A stretch of 64,000 nucleotides of DNA from an uncultured Nitrospiraceae bacterium (GTDB lineage Bacteria > Nitrospirota > Thermodesulfovibrionia > Thermodesulfovibrionales > Dissulfurispiraceae): NCBI GenBank assembly GCA_963727805.1, contig CAVSHF010000003.1, positions 288,001 to 352,000 of the forward strand, given 5' to 3'. A program made the position numbers and the translations under genes. This document shows positions 29,248 to 41,954 of this stretch, piece by piece (the first letter of the stretch is position 1; the number at the start of each line of letters is the position of its first letter). The notes below the pieces were generated by a model that saw only the letters and a list, made by a program, of their open reading frames with translations, ran no database searches and was not told the DNA's origin.

Positions 29248-29307
29248 GACCCACGGCGAAAACTTAAAACCAAAGAATTTTGCATCATAATTCTCAGAAC
29301 CCCTCCG

Positions 29308-29350
29308 AAGCACGTCGGTCTCCCCCCAAAAAAGCCGGCGTGCTTTTTTT
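29308..29350 (+). terminator. Intrinsic terminator
   Basis: AAGCACGTCGGT/GCCGGCGTGCTT stem followed by a T run. Confidence 0.75.
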
Positions 29351-29604
29351 GTCTCCGATTCAGACTTTTGGAAGTGTTCTTTATCGCGGTTGACTATCGG
29401 CTATAATATAAAGGAAGATATGGCGGCAACTTACAAATCAATCATGGAACTGTTACATACCTTGCAGTGTGCACAGGCAATAAATGTACGGTGCGTGTGC
29501 GTTCATAGATATCAGCTTATCCACGAAGGTTAGCGATAGAACATCTCGTCCTTGACTGCCTTAATGCGGAGACGTATACTGAGAAATAGATTATTCAATC
29601 TCTA

Positions 29605-31557
29605 ATGGCAATATTAAAGAAAAAGACCGAAGGTACAGCGGACCAAAAGTGGGGCCTTTCAAATAAATTCACGGACCCCTCATGGCGCATTGGACTCGCC
29701 TTTCTCCTTGTTTTTATAGTAATTTATCTAACAAACTATTTTTTTGTTCCCAAAGAATCCCCTCGCTACGATGTTTCGTACACTCATTTTATGCAGCAGC
29801 TTGAAATCGACAATATTAAGTCTGTGACTATAGACAGGCTTATACTCAGGGGAGAGTTTAAGAAGACAGTATCTCTGCCAAATCCGCCACAGAAAGAACC
29901 AATTTCAGTCCTTGATTTTCAGACTTACTTGCCCTCATTTCAAGGTGAGGGACTTATCCAGAAACTTCAAGAAAAGAATGTGATGATCACGATTAAACCC
30001 GAAGAAAAGCCATCAGCCATAGGACAGTTTTTAATGGCCGTGCTACCCTGGATACTAATAATTGGCATATGGATATTCATTATGCGGCGGTCACAACAAC
30101 TCCAGGGTGGTCCCGGAGGCCTTTTTTCCTTTGGTACCAGTAAGGCGAAGCTGTACGACTCCACAAAACCACGGGTGACGTTCACAGACGTGGCGGGGAT
30201 GGATAATGTCAAGCTTGAACTCAGAGAGACTATCGAGTTTCTGAAAGATCCCGCGAAGTTCAGGACTCTTGGTGCGAAAGTGCCTAAGGGGGTTCTTCTT
30301 GTAGGACCTCCTGGAACTGGCAAGACGCTTCTTGCCCGGGCAACAGCAGGAGAGGCCGGCGTGGCTTTTTATAGCATAAGCGCTTCGGAGTTTATCGAGA
30401 TGTTCGTCGGTGTGGGGGCGTCGCGTGTGAGGGACATGTTCAAAAAGGCGAGAGCAACCCAGCCCAGCATCATATTTATCGATGAGATCGATGCCGTAGG
30501 ACGAACCAGGGGAACTGGACTTGGGGGAGGGCACGATGAGCGGGAGCAAACCCTCAACCAGTTATTGAGCGAGATGGATGGTTTTGAGCCCCATGAAGAG
30601 GTAATTATCATTGCGGCCACCAACAGGCCTGATGTGCTTGATCCTGCCTTGCTCAGGCCGGGAAGGTTTGACCGCCGTATCGTTATAGACCGTCCGGGCT
30701 GGAAGGAGAGAAAATCGATACTGGAAATCCACGTAAGAGGAAAAGTACTATCGGATGATGTTGATCTCGATGTTGTCGCGAAGGGAACTCCTGGGCTGAC
30801 CGGTGCTGACCTTGAAAATCTAGCCAACGAGGCTGCTCTTATCGCAGTCAGAAGAAACAAGTTAAAGGTCGACATGGTTGATTTCGAAGAGGCGCGGGAC
30901 ATCATCCTGATGGGATCAGTAAGGGAAGATACGATCAGTGATCTGGAGAAGAAGATCACTGCCTACCACGAAGCTGGCCATGCGATTGTCGCCTCATTTC
31001 TTTCTAACACTGATCCTATACATAAAATAAGCATCATCCCAAGGGGCATGGCAATGGGGGTGACGCAACTACTTCCTGAGGAAGATAGGCATTATTATCC
31101 GAAGAGCTATCTTGTAAACCGCTTGGTCGTAGCGCTTGGCGGTAGAGTTGCCGAGAAGATCATCTTCAATGATATGAGCAGCGGAGCACAAAGCGACCTC
31201 AAGGAGGCTTCGCTGCTTGCTGAAAAAATGGTCGCACAGTGGGGAATGAGCGATAAGATCGGCCCCGTGAACCTCGGGCGGGGAGAAGATCATCCTTTCC
31301 TGGGAATGGAACTTGCTCAGCCAAAGCGCTATAGCGAGGAAATGGCGTGGAGGCTCGATCAGGAGATACAAAGATTGATGCTTGACGCAGAATCAAAGGC
31401 CTTCGAAGTCGTTAGCCGGAACAAAACGGCCCTTATCAGTCTTGCTGAAAATCTACTGAAAGAGGAAACACTTGATAAGGCAGCAGTTGATAGGATTATC
31501 AAAGAATCTGGGCAACCCGATGAAGTCTCTTCACCAAGTGTAACCCCAAATCCTTGA
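29605..31557 (+). CDS. ftsH: ATP-dependent zinc metalloprotease FtsH
   Basis: Two TM helices, [18 protein letters not shown] motif and HEAGH. Confidence 0.97.
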   Translation: MAILKKKTEGTADQKWGLSNKFTDPSWRIGLAFLLVFIVIYLTNYFFVPKESPRYDVSYTHFMQQLEIDNIKSVTIDRLILRGEFKKTVSLPNPPQKEPISVLDFQTYLPSFQGEGLIQKLQEKNVMITIKPEEKPSAIGQFLMAVLPWILIIGIWIFIMRRSQQLQGGPGGLFSFGTSKAKLYDSTKPRVTFTDVAGMDNVKLELRETIEFLKDPAKFRTLGAKVPKGVLLVGPPGTGKTLLARATAGEAGVAFYSISASEFIEMFVGVGASRVRDMFKKARATQPSIIFIDEIDAVGRTRGTGLGGGHDEREQTLNQLLSEMDGFEPHEEVIIIAATNRPDVLDPALLRPGRFDRRIVIDRPGWKERKSILEIHVRGKVLSDDVDLDVVAKGTPGLTGADLENLANEAALIAVRRNKLKVDMVDFEEARDIILMGSVREDTISDLEKKITAYHEAGHAIVASFLSNTDPIHKISIIPRGMAMGVTQLLPEEDRHYYPKSYLVNRLVVALGGRVAEKIIFNDMSSGAQSDLKEASLLAEKMVAQWGMSDKIGPVNLGRGEDHPFLGMELAQPKRYSEEMAWRLDQEIQRLMLDAESKAFEVVSRNKTALISLAENLLKEETLDKAAVDRIIKESGQPDEVSSPSVTPNP

Positions 31558-31588
31558 TAAAAGATCATTATCGTGGTAGAATTTTAAA

Positions 31589-32278
31589 ATGAACGTGTTT
31601 TTTATATCCCTCGCATTCCTCCTAGTTAGTCTCAACGTATATGCCGACATGTATCAGGCTACAACCGAGGAGGGGAACGTATTTTATACGAATGTGCCGG
31701 CTTTGGGGTCAAACGTAGTCATTAAAGAAAAAGCGACATGTACCAAGAGTGATGGCAAATACGCTAAGAAGAAGTATACTGCCGGCAGCGAGTTTCATAA
31801 CATCGCCGAAGAAAAGGCGAAGAAGCACAACGTTGATCCAAACCTTGTTAAGGCGGTTATTAAAGCCGAGTCAAACTGGAATCCGCAAGCTGTTTCTCAC
31901 AAAGGTGCGGTCGGAATGATGCAGCTCATGCCCAAGACGGCAAGCGATCTGGGAGTCGGTAATCGTTACAATCCCGAGGAGAACATCGAGGGCGGCGTTA
32001 AATATCTCAGGCATCTTCTCGACAGATTCAACGGTAGCCTTACTCTGGCACTAGCTGCTTATAATGCAGGGCCGGCGCGTGTCGAGAAGGACAAAAGAGT
32101 TCCCTCCATCCCGGAAACGGTCGATTACGTGAAACGGGTGATGAATGATTATTCCGGAGGACCTGGATGGCTTTCAAGCGGCACCGGAAGTGCTAAAATA
32201 AGGACGGTTGTTCTGGAGGATGGAACGGTCCTTTTTACCAATGCGTCTGCTACCGGCCACTCTTACCCGACCAATTAA
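31589..32278 (+). CDS. Lytic transglycosylase (Slt domain)
   Basis: AESNWNP.AVS.KGAVGMMQLMP, LAAYNAGP and ETVDYV motifs. Confidence 0.93.
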   Translation: MNVFFISLAFLLVSLNVYADMYQATTEEGNVFYTNVPALGSNVVIKEKATCTKSDGKYAKKKYTAGSEFHNIAEEKAKKHNVDPNLVKAVIKAESNWNPQAVSHKGAVGMMQLMPKTASDLGVGNRYNPEENIEGGVKYLRHLLDRFNGSLTLALAAYNAGPARVEKDKRVPSIPETVDYVKRVMNDYSGGPGWLSSGTGSAKIRTVVLEDGTVLFTNASATGHSYPTN

Positions 32279-32297
32279 TTCTTGACAAGGGGTTTTG

Positions 32298-33284
32298 ATG
32301 TCCGATGAACTCTTTTTCTTAAGAGAAGAAATAGGAGCGCTTAAGAAAAAGCGCAATGCTATAATCCTCGCCCATAATTATCAGCGGGACGAAGTACAGG
32401 AAATCGCAGATTATACTGGAGACTCTCTCGAACTTTCGAGGACTGCGGCAGCGATCGATTGCGAGACGATCGTCTTTTGCGGCGTCCATTTCATGGCTGA
32501 GAGCGCGTCTATTCTTTCTCCCAATAAGGTCGTTCTTCTGCCTGAGCCCGAGGCGACCTGCCCGATGGCAGAAATGATCGAAGTGGAATCGGTCAGAAGG
32601 GTCTGGAAGACCTTTCCCGGTTATGACGTCCAGCCGACATTTCTCTTTCCCCATGAGTTTACGCTTAATGACATGAAAGCCCAGTATCCTGGAGTCCCTG
32701 TCGTGGCCTATGTTAATACAACAGCTGAGGTGAAGGCTGAAAGCGATATTTGCTGCACTTCGGCGAATGTCGTGCAGGTTATCGAGTCTCTTCCTGACGA
32801 GAGGGTGATTTGCATTCCCGACAGGAATCTATCGCTGTGGGCACAGAAGAATACGCAAAAACAGATTATCGCATGGGATGGATTTTGCCACGTGCACGAC
32901 AGGGTGACCCGGGAAGATGTTGTCAACGCCCGGAAGCTTTATCCTGGCGCGCTCCTAATGGCGCACCCCGAGTGCAGGATTGAGGTGCTTGAGCTTGCCG
33001 ACCATGTGACGAGCACATCGGGAATGCTAAGGTTTGCCCACGCGTCTGAAGCCAAGGAATTCGTTGTCGGCACAGAACTGGGCCTGTTATACCGGCTTAA
33101 ACGTGAGAATCCCGATAAGGTATTTCACCCACTTCGGAAAGACATGCTATGCCCGAATATGAAAAAAACGACCCTTAAGAGCGTGCTACGAGCGCTGGAC
33201 AGGATGGAACAGGTTATCAAAGTGCCAGAAGAGATCAGGATTCTCGCAAAGAGGGCACTCGACAGAATGCTCGCAATCAAATAA
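32298..33284 (+). CDS. nadA: Quinolinate synthase
   Basis: ILAHNYQ, FCGVHFMAE, CPMA, CHVH, AHPEC and CPNM motifs. Confidence 0.96.
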   Translation: MSDELFFLREEIGALKKKRNAIILAHNYQRDEVQEIADYTGDSLELSRTAAAIDCETIVFCGVHFMAESASILSPNKVVLLPEPEATCPMAEMIEVESVRRVWKTFPGYDVQPTFLFPHEFTLNDMKAQYPGVPVVAYVNTTAEVKAESDICCTSANVVQVIESLPDERVICIPDRNLSLWAQKNTQKQIIAWDGFCHVHDRVTREDVVNARKLYPGALLMAHPECRIEVLELADHVTSTSGMLRFAHASEAKEFVVGTELGLLYRLKRENPDKVFHPLRKDMLCPNMKKTTLKSVLRALDRMEQVIKVPEEIRILAKRALDRMLAIK

Positions 33285-33306
33285 ATCTGGCGTCCATTCT
33301 TTAAGC

Positions 33307-34443
33307 GTGCCTATAATCAATCCACTCACAGAACAAATCACTCGACGAATAACATCGGAGGGACCGCTGTCTTTCGAGGACTTCATGGAAATGGCCCTCT
33401 ATTTTCCGGGGCTCGGATACTACACAAAAGAAGCGACCATTATAGGAAGAGCAGGAGATTTTTACACTAGTCCTCATTTGCATCCACTGTTTGGAGCCAT
33501 GATAGGCAAACAGATGGAAGAGATGTGGAATCTACTTGACAGGCCAGCGGAATTCTATGTCATCGAGATGGGAGCCGGGTTAGGTTATCTGGCAAAAGAC
33601 ATGATGGAATATCTTAAGGTGCGCGAAATTTATGAAAGCCTTCACTATGTGATTGTGGAGCTGAATCCGTCGGTCAAAATCAGTCAGGGTTTGCTGCTTA
33701 AAGAATTCGCCGGCAAGATAAAATGGTCTGACCAGTTAACGGATATCGGGCCGATTACAGGTTGCTTTCTTTCAAACGAGCTGCTCGATGCCTTTCCTGT
33801 CAGGCTGGTTGAGATGGAGAACAGCCTTCAAGAGATTTATGTTTCGGTCAACAGTAAAAATGAATTTACTGAGATAAAGAAGCCTTGCCGTCATGAGATC
33901 AAGAAATATTTCAAGGAATTTGCTATTGATATGCCTTCGGTGATGGAGAGCGGCTACAGGACCGAGGTCAATCTTAGGATTAAGGAATGGCTTCGGGAAA
34001 TTAGCGAAATACTTGAACGCGGTTTTGTCCTAACCGTTGACTACGGTTATTCCGCCGAGGATTATTACAGTCGGGAGAGAAACAGGGGGACGCTTCTCTG
34101 TTATCACCAGCACCAGGTTATCGAAAATTCTTACATCAATATCGGTAACCAGGACATGACGGCCCATATCAATTTTTCTGCATTAAAAAAATGGGGAGAG
34201 GAACAAGACCTGAGCACTATTGGCTTTGCGCCTCAGGGGAGCTATCTCATCTCTCTCGGCATCGACGAGGTTATGGCCAATATGCCTGAATTGATCAGCG
34301 ACGTTCTGGATATCCCAAAAATCAAAGGACTGCTTCTTCCCCAAGGCATGGGAGAATCTCACAAGGTAATGGTCCAATATAAAGGCAGAGAGGAAGTGCA
34401 GCTTCGGGGCTTCGCTCTGCGGAATCGGATGAAATATCTATAG
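33307..34443 (+). CDS. SAM-dependent methyltransferase, MidA/NDUFAF7 (DUF185) family
   Basis: GDFYTSP, EMGAGLG, SNELLDAFP, DYGY and QDMTAH motifs. Confidence 0.9.
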   Translation: MPIINPLTEQITRRITSEGPLSFEDFMEMALYFPGLGYYTKEATIIGRAGDFYTSPHLHPLFGAMIGKQMEEMWNLLDRPAEFYVIEMGAGLGYLAKDMMEYLKVREIYESLHYVIVELNPSVKISQGLLLKEFAGKIKWSDQLTDIGPITGCFLSNELLDAFPVRLVEMENSLQEIYVSVNSKNEFTEIKKPCRHEIKKYFKEFAIDMPSVMESGYRTEVNLRIKEWLREISEILERGFVLTVDYGYSAEDYYSRERNRGTLLCYHQHQVIENSYINIGNQDMTAHINFSALKKWGEEQDLSTIGFAPQGSYLISLGIDEVMANMPELISDVLDIPKIKGLLLPQGMGESHKVMVQYKGREEVQLRGFALRNRMKYL

Positions 34444-34491
34444 TCTGTTGAACTTAGCACATGGCGAGCCTCGTGTGCCTGCGACGAGCTT

Positions 34492-35250
34492 CTAGCCTGT
34501 ATATTTCTTAAGTTTTTCGATACTCTTTAACACGCGCTCGGGCGTATGGGCTTCAATAGTATAAATGCAATCTCTATCGTTAAGACGCGAAAAAAAATGG
34601 TCGAAATTGAAGGTGCCATCGCCTATGGGATGATGCTGGTCCGCGCTCCCATCATTGTCGTGGAGGTGGAGTTCCACAATATATTCACCAAGGTCGTCCA
34701 GCCATTTGTCGAGAGATACGGTCGAGAAAAGATTGCAGTGTCCGGTATCAAAACAGATGCCGAAATATTCAGAAGACATCGCTTCCATTAACACCCTCAG
34801 ATTCGTTGGTTCGTCCTCGAAGATATTCTCAACTGCGATCTTGCAGCCCAATGATTCAGCACGTTCTGCGAGGGGCTTCCAGAATTCAAGGCTCTTGCGG
34901 AGCCAGAGATCGATGCTGAGACTATATTTCCATTTTTCATATCCTGAATGACCAACTACCGCCACCGGTCTCAGAATTTCAGCAATTTCTACGATCTGGT
35001 TGAACCTCGATACGGTTGCTTCCCTGACTTTAGAGTCAACTGCTGCCGGCGAAAGATCCATGAACGGTGCGTGAATGCTGAGACAGGGGTTATGATTGAG
35101 GGCGCTCTGCAGGTTGTAAAGAAGAGCATAATCAAGTCCATCGAGGATATCGGAACTGAAATAGATCTCCAGATTAAATCTCTTCTGAAGGATAAAATCC
35201 ATGTATCTTCCGATCTTATCGAAGGGCACATGCACGTGGGGAAAGGTCAC
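34492..35250 (-). CDS. Sugar phosphate isomerase/epimerase-family TIM barrel
   Basis: HAPF.DL, VENIFE, CFDTGH and HLHDNDG..DQH motifs. Confidence 0.88.
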   Translation of the reverse strand: MTFPHVHVPFDKIGRYMDFILQKRFNLEIYFSSDILDGLDYALLYNLQSALNHNPCLSIHAPFMDLSPAAVDSKVREATVSRFNQIVEIAEILRPVAVVGHSGYEKWKYSLSIDLWLRKSLEFWKPLAERAESLGCKIAVENIFEDEPTNLRVLMEAMSSEYFGICFDTGHCNLFSTVSLDKWLDDLGEYIVELHLHDNDGSADQHHPIGDGTFNFDHFFSRLNDRDCIYTIEAHTPERVLKSIEKLKKYTG

Positions 35251-35552
35251 TATTTTGCGGCGACCTCCTCTTTTTTCGGCTCAGTCTTGGCATCAGTCGT
35301 GGTTTCGGTTTTTTTATCTTGCGCCTTCGCCTCCGAAGGCTTCTTTGCCGATTTGTCTTCCTCTCCTTTTTTGGGAGCCGCATAGTCGGTTGCATACCAT
35401 CCTGTTCCTTTTAAGACGAAGGAAGTATTGGAAATCAACTTCTTAACCTTGCTGCCGCAGTCAGGGCATAAGGCCAATGGGGCATCGCTGAATTTCTGCA
35501 TTATTTCATGGGTTTTCCCACATTTCACACATCCATATTCATAAATGGGCAT
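35250..35552 (-). CDS. FmdB-family zinc-ribbon protein
   Basis: MPIYEYGC..CG...CP.CG...FVLKGTGWY.TDY. Confidence 0.92.
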   Translation of the reverse strand: MPIYEYGCVKCGKTHEIMQKFSDAPLALCPDCGSKVKKLISNTSFVLKGTGWYATDYAAPKKGEEDKSAKKPSEAKAQDKKTETTTDAKTEPKKEEVAAK

Positions 35553-35692
35553 ATGGTTCCTCCTTGGTGATGAACTCCTTAATAGTATAATAGACCTCTA
35601 CGGTTTCGGTCAATGAAACCATTATTATTATTGACATATTTTGTGTTTTTCTGGTTAAATACTAATCTAATTCATTCGGGGGTGTGATTGAT

Positions 35693-36007
35693 ATGTACGC
35701 AATAATAGAGACTGGCGGAGAACAGCTCAGGGTGTCAGCCGGAGATGTTGTATCCGTTGAAAAGGTTGACGGAGACGCCAATACCGAGATAACCTTGGAC
35801 AAGGTGCTGATGGTAGAGAAGGATGGCAATACAGTCTTCGGCAGACCGTACGTTCAAGGGGTAACAGTAAAAGCAGAGATTGTGCAGACAGCAAGGACTC
35901 CGAAGGTCCTGGTAATGAAGCATCAATCAAAAAAGGCGACTAAAAAGGTCACGGGTCACCGGCAGTATTTTACTACTTTGAAGATCAAAGAGATCATCGG
36001 AGGATAG
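35693..36007 (+). CDS. rplU: 50S ribosomal protein L21
   Basis: MYAIIETGG...GHRQ. Confidence 0.97.
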   Translation: MYAIIETGGEQLRVSAGDVVSVEKVDGDANTEITLDKVLMVEKDGNTVFGRPYVQGVTVKAEIVQTARTPKVLVMKHQSKKATKKVTGHRQYFTTLKIKEIIGG

Positions 36008-36008
36008 A

Positions 36009-36284
36009 ATGGCACATAAAAAAGGCGTTGGAAGCACACGGAACGGCCGCGACAGCGAGTCCCAGCGGCTTGGCATAAAAAGGTACGGAGGACAGTTGGT
36101 CCGCGCCGGTAATATACTTGTCAGGCAGAGGGGAACGAAATTTCATCCCGGCACGAATGTCGGCAAGGGATCTGATGATACCCTTTTTGCCCTTGTTGAT
36201 GGCGTGGTCAAGTTCGAGAGAAAAGACAAGGAGAGGCTTAAGGTAAGCGTATACGCAATGGAGCCTGCAGTATTAGGCGCATAA
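36009..36284 (+). CDS. rpmA: 50S ribosomal protein L27
   Basis: [16 protein letters not shown]. Confidence 0.98.
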   Translation: MAHKKGVGSTRNGRDSESQRLGIKRYGGQLVRAGNILVRQRGTKFHPGTNVGKGSDDTLFALVDGVVKFERKDKERLKVSVYAMEPAVLGA

Positions 36285-36326
36285 TTAACCGAGCTCTTAA
36301 GGAGAAAATGGAAGGCGGTCTGTTAA

Positions 36327-38458
<2,132 letters not shown>

Positions 38459-38540
38459 AAAACCGTTTGAGAGTTCAAGAGTCATGAGTTGGCAAATCTT
38501 GAATCGGCAAGCCACGTAACTCCTAAAAGTCCGCAACTCG

Positions 38541-40628
38541 TTAGGACAGCTTTGAAAAGTCTGCGATCTGCAATCCGAGGCCCTGAATGATTTTTATTAT
38601 GGAGAGGCGGTTCTGCTTTATTGCTTCGTCCTTATCCATGATGAGCACCTTGTCAAAAAACAAATTCACCGGCTCTTTGAGCGTCATCAGAATTTTGATC
38701 GCCTCGGATGATTCGTTTCTTGCAAGCAATGAAGAAATTTGAGGTGCTGCAGTTTCTATCGCGGCGTGAAGAGATTTTTCCTCTTCCTGGACCAACAGGT
38801 TTCTGTTCACCGCCGGAACATCGACTTTCGGGGCTATATTATTGATCCTCTTAATGATGAGCAGGAATCCTTCGCATTCGGCATCTCCTTTGAGCTGCTT
38901 CAGGGCATCCAATCTGTCTCTGATAATATAAAACGGCATTTTTCTCACGAACGGGACTACTGCTGATATTACGTCTGAGGTATAACCGGCAGCTTGGAAT
39001 ATTGGATCGAAGCGTTGTTCGAAGAACCGTACGATGCTATTGATTACGCCATCGGTGTCATGGATAGAATAAGGTTTTAAAGCCATCTCCAGTACTTCAT
39101 TCAATGCGACAGGATATCGCTTATCAACAAGGATCAATATTACCCCTATTGTCTGCCGCCGCAAGGCAAAAGGATCTTCGGTACCAGTGGGGACCAATCC
39201 GAGCATAAAGAAGGATGCAATGGTATCAAGTTTGTCAGCAAGGCTCACAATAGCTCCAGTATGGGTTTCAGGGAGTTGGTCACCGGAATATTTGGGTAGG
39301 TATTGTTCCTTCAGTGCCTGAGCAATTTCCTTTTTATAGCCTTCGTTTGTTGCATAATATCCGCCCATAATGCCCTGCAGCTCCGGGAATTCCCGTACGA
39401 CACCGGATATGAGATCTGCCTTTGATAAAAGCGCGGCTGTATGGATGTCTTCCTTTCGCTCAGGGTGGCATTTGTCTGCCAGAAAGTCCGCAATTGCTGC
39501 AACGCGAATGCTCTTGTCATGAGTGCTGCCAAGCCGGTCATGGAAGATAACCTTCTTTAGTCTTTCGAGCCTCTCTAAAAGAGAGACTTTCTTGTCCTCT
39601 TCATAATAGAAGCGTGCATCCTCGAAACGCGCTTTAATGACCTTTTCAGCGCCCTTCTTCACCGTTTTATCGTTTTCCTGACGCGTATTACTTACTACAA
39701 TAAAATAGTTGGTGAGGCCTCCCCTCCCGTTTGCGAGTGCAAAATACTTCTGGTGGTCCTTCATGACGGTTATCAGAAGTTCGCCGGGCAGGTCCAGATA
39801 ATCCTGCGAGAAGGTGCCGAGCACCGGCATCGGATATTCGACAAGAAATGTGACATGATTCAGGAGGCCCTCATCCTCGATTATTGAGGCGCTGACCGAT
39901 GAGGCAAGTTTCTGCGAGGCTTCAGATATGATTTTCTTTCTTTCCACAGGATCGATTATGACGAAATTATTCCTGAGCAAATTGATGTATGTCTTGGAAT
40001 CTTTTATCTCAAAGGAAGCAGGGGAGAGGAAGCGGTGGCCCCGGGTAATATTGCCGCTCTTGATGCCTTCAATTATGAACTGAACTTTCTGATTGTCATA
40101 AAGCGCGAAGAGCCAGTGAATAGGACGGACAAATCTGAAGTCACCGTCACCCCAGCGCATGGCTTTTGGAAAGTGAAGGGATTCGAGCAGCTGCGTCATT
40201 AGATCAGGAAGTACTTCTGCAGTCTTGAGCGAGCTCTCTTTAATCGTTGCGACGACATACCGACCCTTGCCCTTCTCCTTGACCGAGATATCACTGATCG
40301 CTATCCCCTGGGATCTTGCGAAGGCATCGGCAGCCCGTGTCGGCCGGCCTTCTTTATCAAAGGCAACGTTCTCAGGAGGGCCCCATACTTCCTTTTCGGT
40401 AGCAGTCTGTGAACGGTCCAGTTCAGCAAAAAGAGACAATCGGCGAGGGGTAGAATACGTCTTCAGAGAACCGAAGCTGAGACGATATTCATTGAAGAGT
40501 TTTTCTGCATTTTCTTTCAATTGCATCATTGCATCAGGTAAGAAGCGGGCGGGGATCTCCTCAGTCCCGATTTCGAATATCAAGAGAGGGAGTGTCGGTA
40601 CTGCATAAGGATACATGTTATCTGTCAT
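38541..40628 (-). CDS. glyS: Glycine--tRNA ligase beta subunit
   Basis: EIGTEEIP, ARFEDARF, EFPELQG and DPFALRR motifs. Confidence 0.97.
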   Translation of the reverse strand: MTDNMYPYAVPTLPLLIFEIGTEEIPARFLPDAMMQLKENAEKLFNEYRLSFGSLKTYSTPRRLSLFAELDRSQTATEKEVWGPPENVAFDKEGRPTRAADAFARSQGIAISDISVKEKGKGRYVVATIKESSLKTAEVLPDLMTQLLESLHFPKAMRWGDGDFRFVRPIHWLFALYDNQKVQFIIEGIKSGNITRGHRFLSPASFEIKDSKTYINLLRNNFVIIDPVERKKIISEASQKLASSVSASIIEDEGLLNHVTFLVEYPMPVLGTFSQDYLDLPGELLITVMKDHQKYFALANGRGGLTNYFIVVSNTRQENDKTVKKGAEKVIKARFEDARFYYEEDKKVSLLERLERLKKVIFHDRLGSTHDKSIRVAAIADFLADKCHPERKEDIHTAALLSKADLISGVVREFPELQGIMGGYYATNEGYKKEIAQALKEQYLPKYSGDQLPETHTGAIVSLADKLDTIASFFMLGLVPTGTEDPFALRRQTIGVILILVDKRYPVALNEVLEMALKPYSIHDTDGVINSIVRFFEQRFDPIFQAAGYTSDVISAVVPFVRKMPFYIIRDRLDALKQLKGDAECEGFLLIIKRINNIAPKVDVPAVNRNLLVQEEEKSLHAAIETAAPQISSLLARNESSEAIKILMTLKEPVNLFFDKVLIMDKDEAIKQNRLSIIKIIQGLGLQIADFSKLS

Positions 40629-40629
40629 A

Positions 40630-41499
40630 TCACCTCTGCAGAAGCGGGAAGTTCATCGATTCACGCTGTTTCAAAAAAGCCTCAGCGCACGTTTTTGCGA
40701 GTGCTCTCACACGAGTGATATAGCCGGTGCGCTCCGTGACTGAAATGACTCCCCGTGCATCGAGAAGGTTGAAGGTATGTGAGCTTTTGAGACAAAATTC
40801 GTACGCAGGAAGAACAAGGCCGAGGTCATTCAGCCTTTTCGATTCCCTTTCATAAGAGTCAAATTGGGATACCAGCAACTCGGTATTTGCATAATCGAAA
40901 TTGAACTTCGAAAATTCGATTTCATCCTGTTTGTGGATCTCACCGTATTTGATACCCTTGCACCACTCGATATCGAATACATTATCTATCTCCTGAAGAT
41001 ACATAGCGATCCGTTCAAGTCCGTAGGTTATCTCCGTAGAAACGGGCTTGAGGTCGATACCACCGACTTGCTGAAAATAGGTAAATTGCGTTATCTCCAT
41101 TCCGTCCAGCCACACTTCCCATCCGAGACCCCAGGCGCCGAGAGTCGGCGACTCCCAGTCGTCTTCGACAAAACGTATATCGTGTCGCAAAGCCTCTATG
41201 CCGAGCAGAGCAAGGCTATCGAGATAAAGTTCCTGGCTTTCAAGAGGAGATGGCTTAAGAATTACCTGATATTGATAATAGTGCTGAAGCCTATTCGGAT
41301 TTTCGCCGTACCTGCCGTCGGTCGGCCTTCTGCAGGGCTCTACATAAGCAGTCTTCCACGGTTCAGGACCGAGGACTCTAAAAAAAGTAGCCGGATGAAA
41401 CGTGCCCGCTCCAACTTCGAGATCATAAGGTTGAAGGATCACGCACCCCTTTCTGGCCCAGTAGTCGTTTAGACGAGCTATTAATTCTTGGAAGTACAT
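40630..41499 (-). CDS. glyQ: Glycine--tRNA ligase alpha subunit
   Basis: GAGTFHPAT and [16 protein letters not shown] motifs. Confidence 0.98.
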   Translation of the reverse strand: MYFQELIARLNDYWARKGCVILQPYDLEVGAGTFHPATFFRVLGPEPWKTAYVEPCRRPTDGRYGENPNRLQHYYQYQVILKPSPLESQELYLDSLALLGIEALRHDIRFVEDDWESPTLGAWGLGWEVWLDGMEITQFTYFQQVGGIDLKPVSTEITYGLERIAMYLQEIDNVFDIEWCKGIKYGEIHKQDEIEFSKFNFDYANTELLVSQFDSYERESKRLNDLGLVLPAYEFCLKSSHTFNLLDARGVISVTERTGYITRVRALAKTCAEAFLKQRESMNFPLLQR

Positions 41500-41954
41500 G
41501 GAATATAAATAAAATATATCATTATCGAGGGATTATATTATCTGAATTCCTGACACTTTGTCAAACTTCTCGGCGAGTTTTATCGTCCCCCATGAGAAAT
41601 AATGTGAAAAAGCGTTGATGGACATGGAGGATATTGATATTCATCAATCAAGCAGAGGTTGCATGATGCTTGACACATCATTTATTTCTGTATAATTTAT
41701 GAGCTAACTTACTCTTTAAACTTAATAACTGTATAAGCTCGAGAAGTTTTCGGTGAGGTGGACTTATAAGTTCTGGTAACAGGCGCTGCTGACTGTTTTA
41801 TTCTGCTTGTTACGTACTATGCCTGTGATGACGATAAGAAGCATATCCTTCAATTCCTTCCTTTTTATCCATGTTGAAGGTATACTAAGGTATATATTTC
41901 ATATATATCCTCTCGGAATTTCGAGACTAATACTTCTTTTTGGAGATGGCAATC

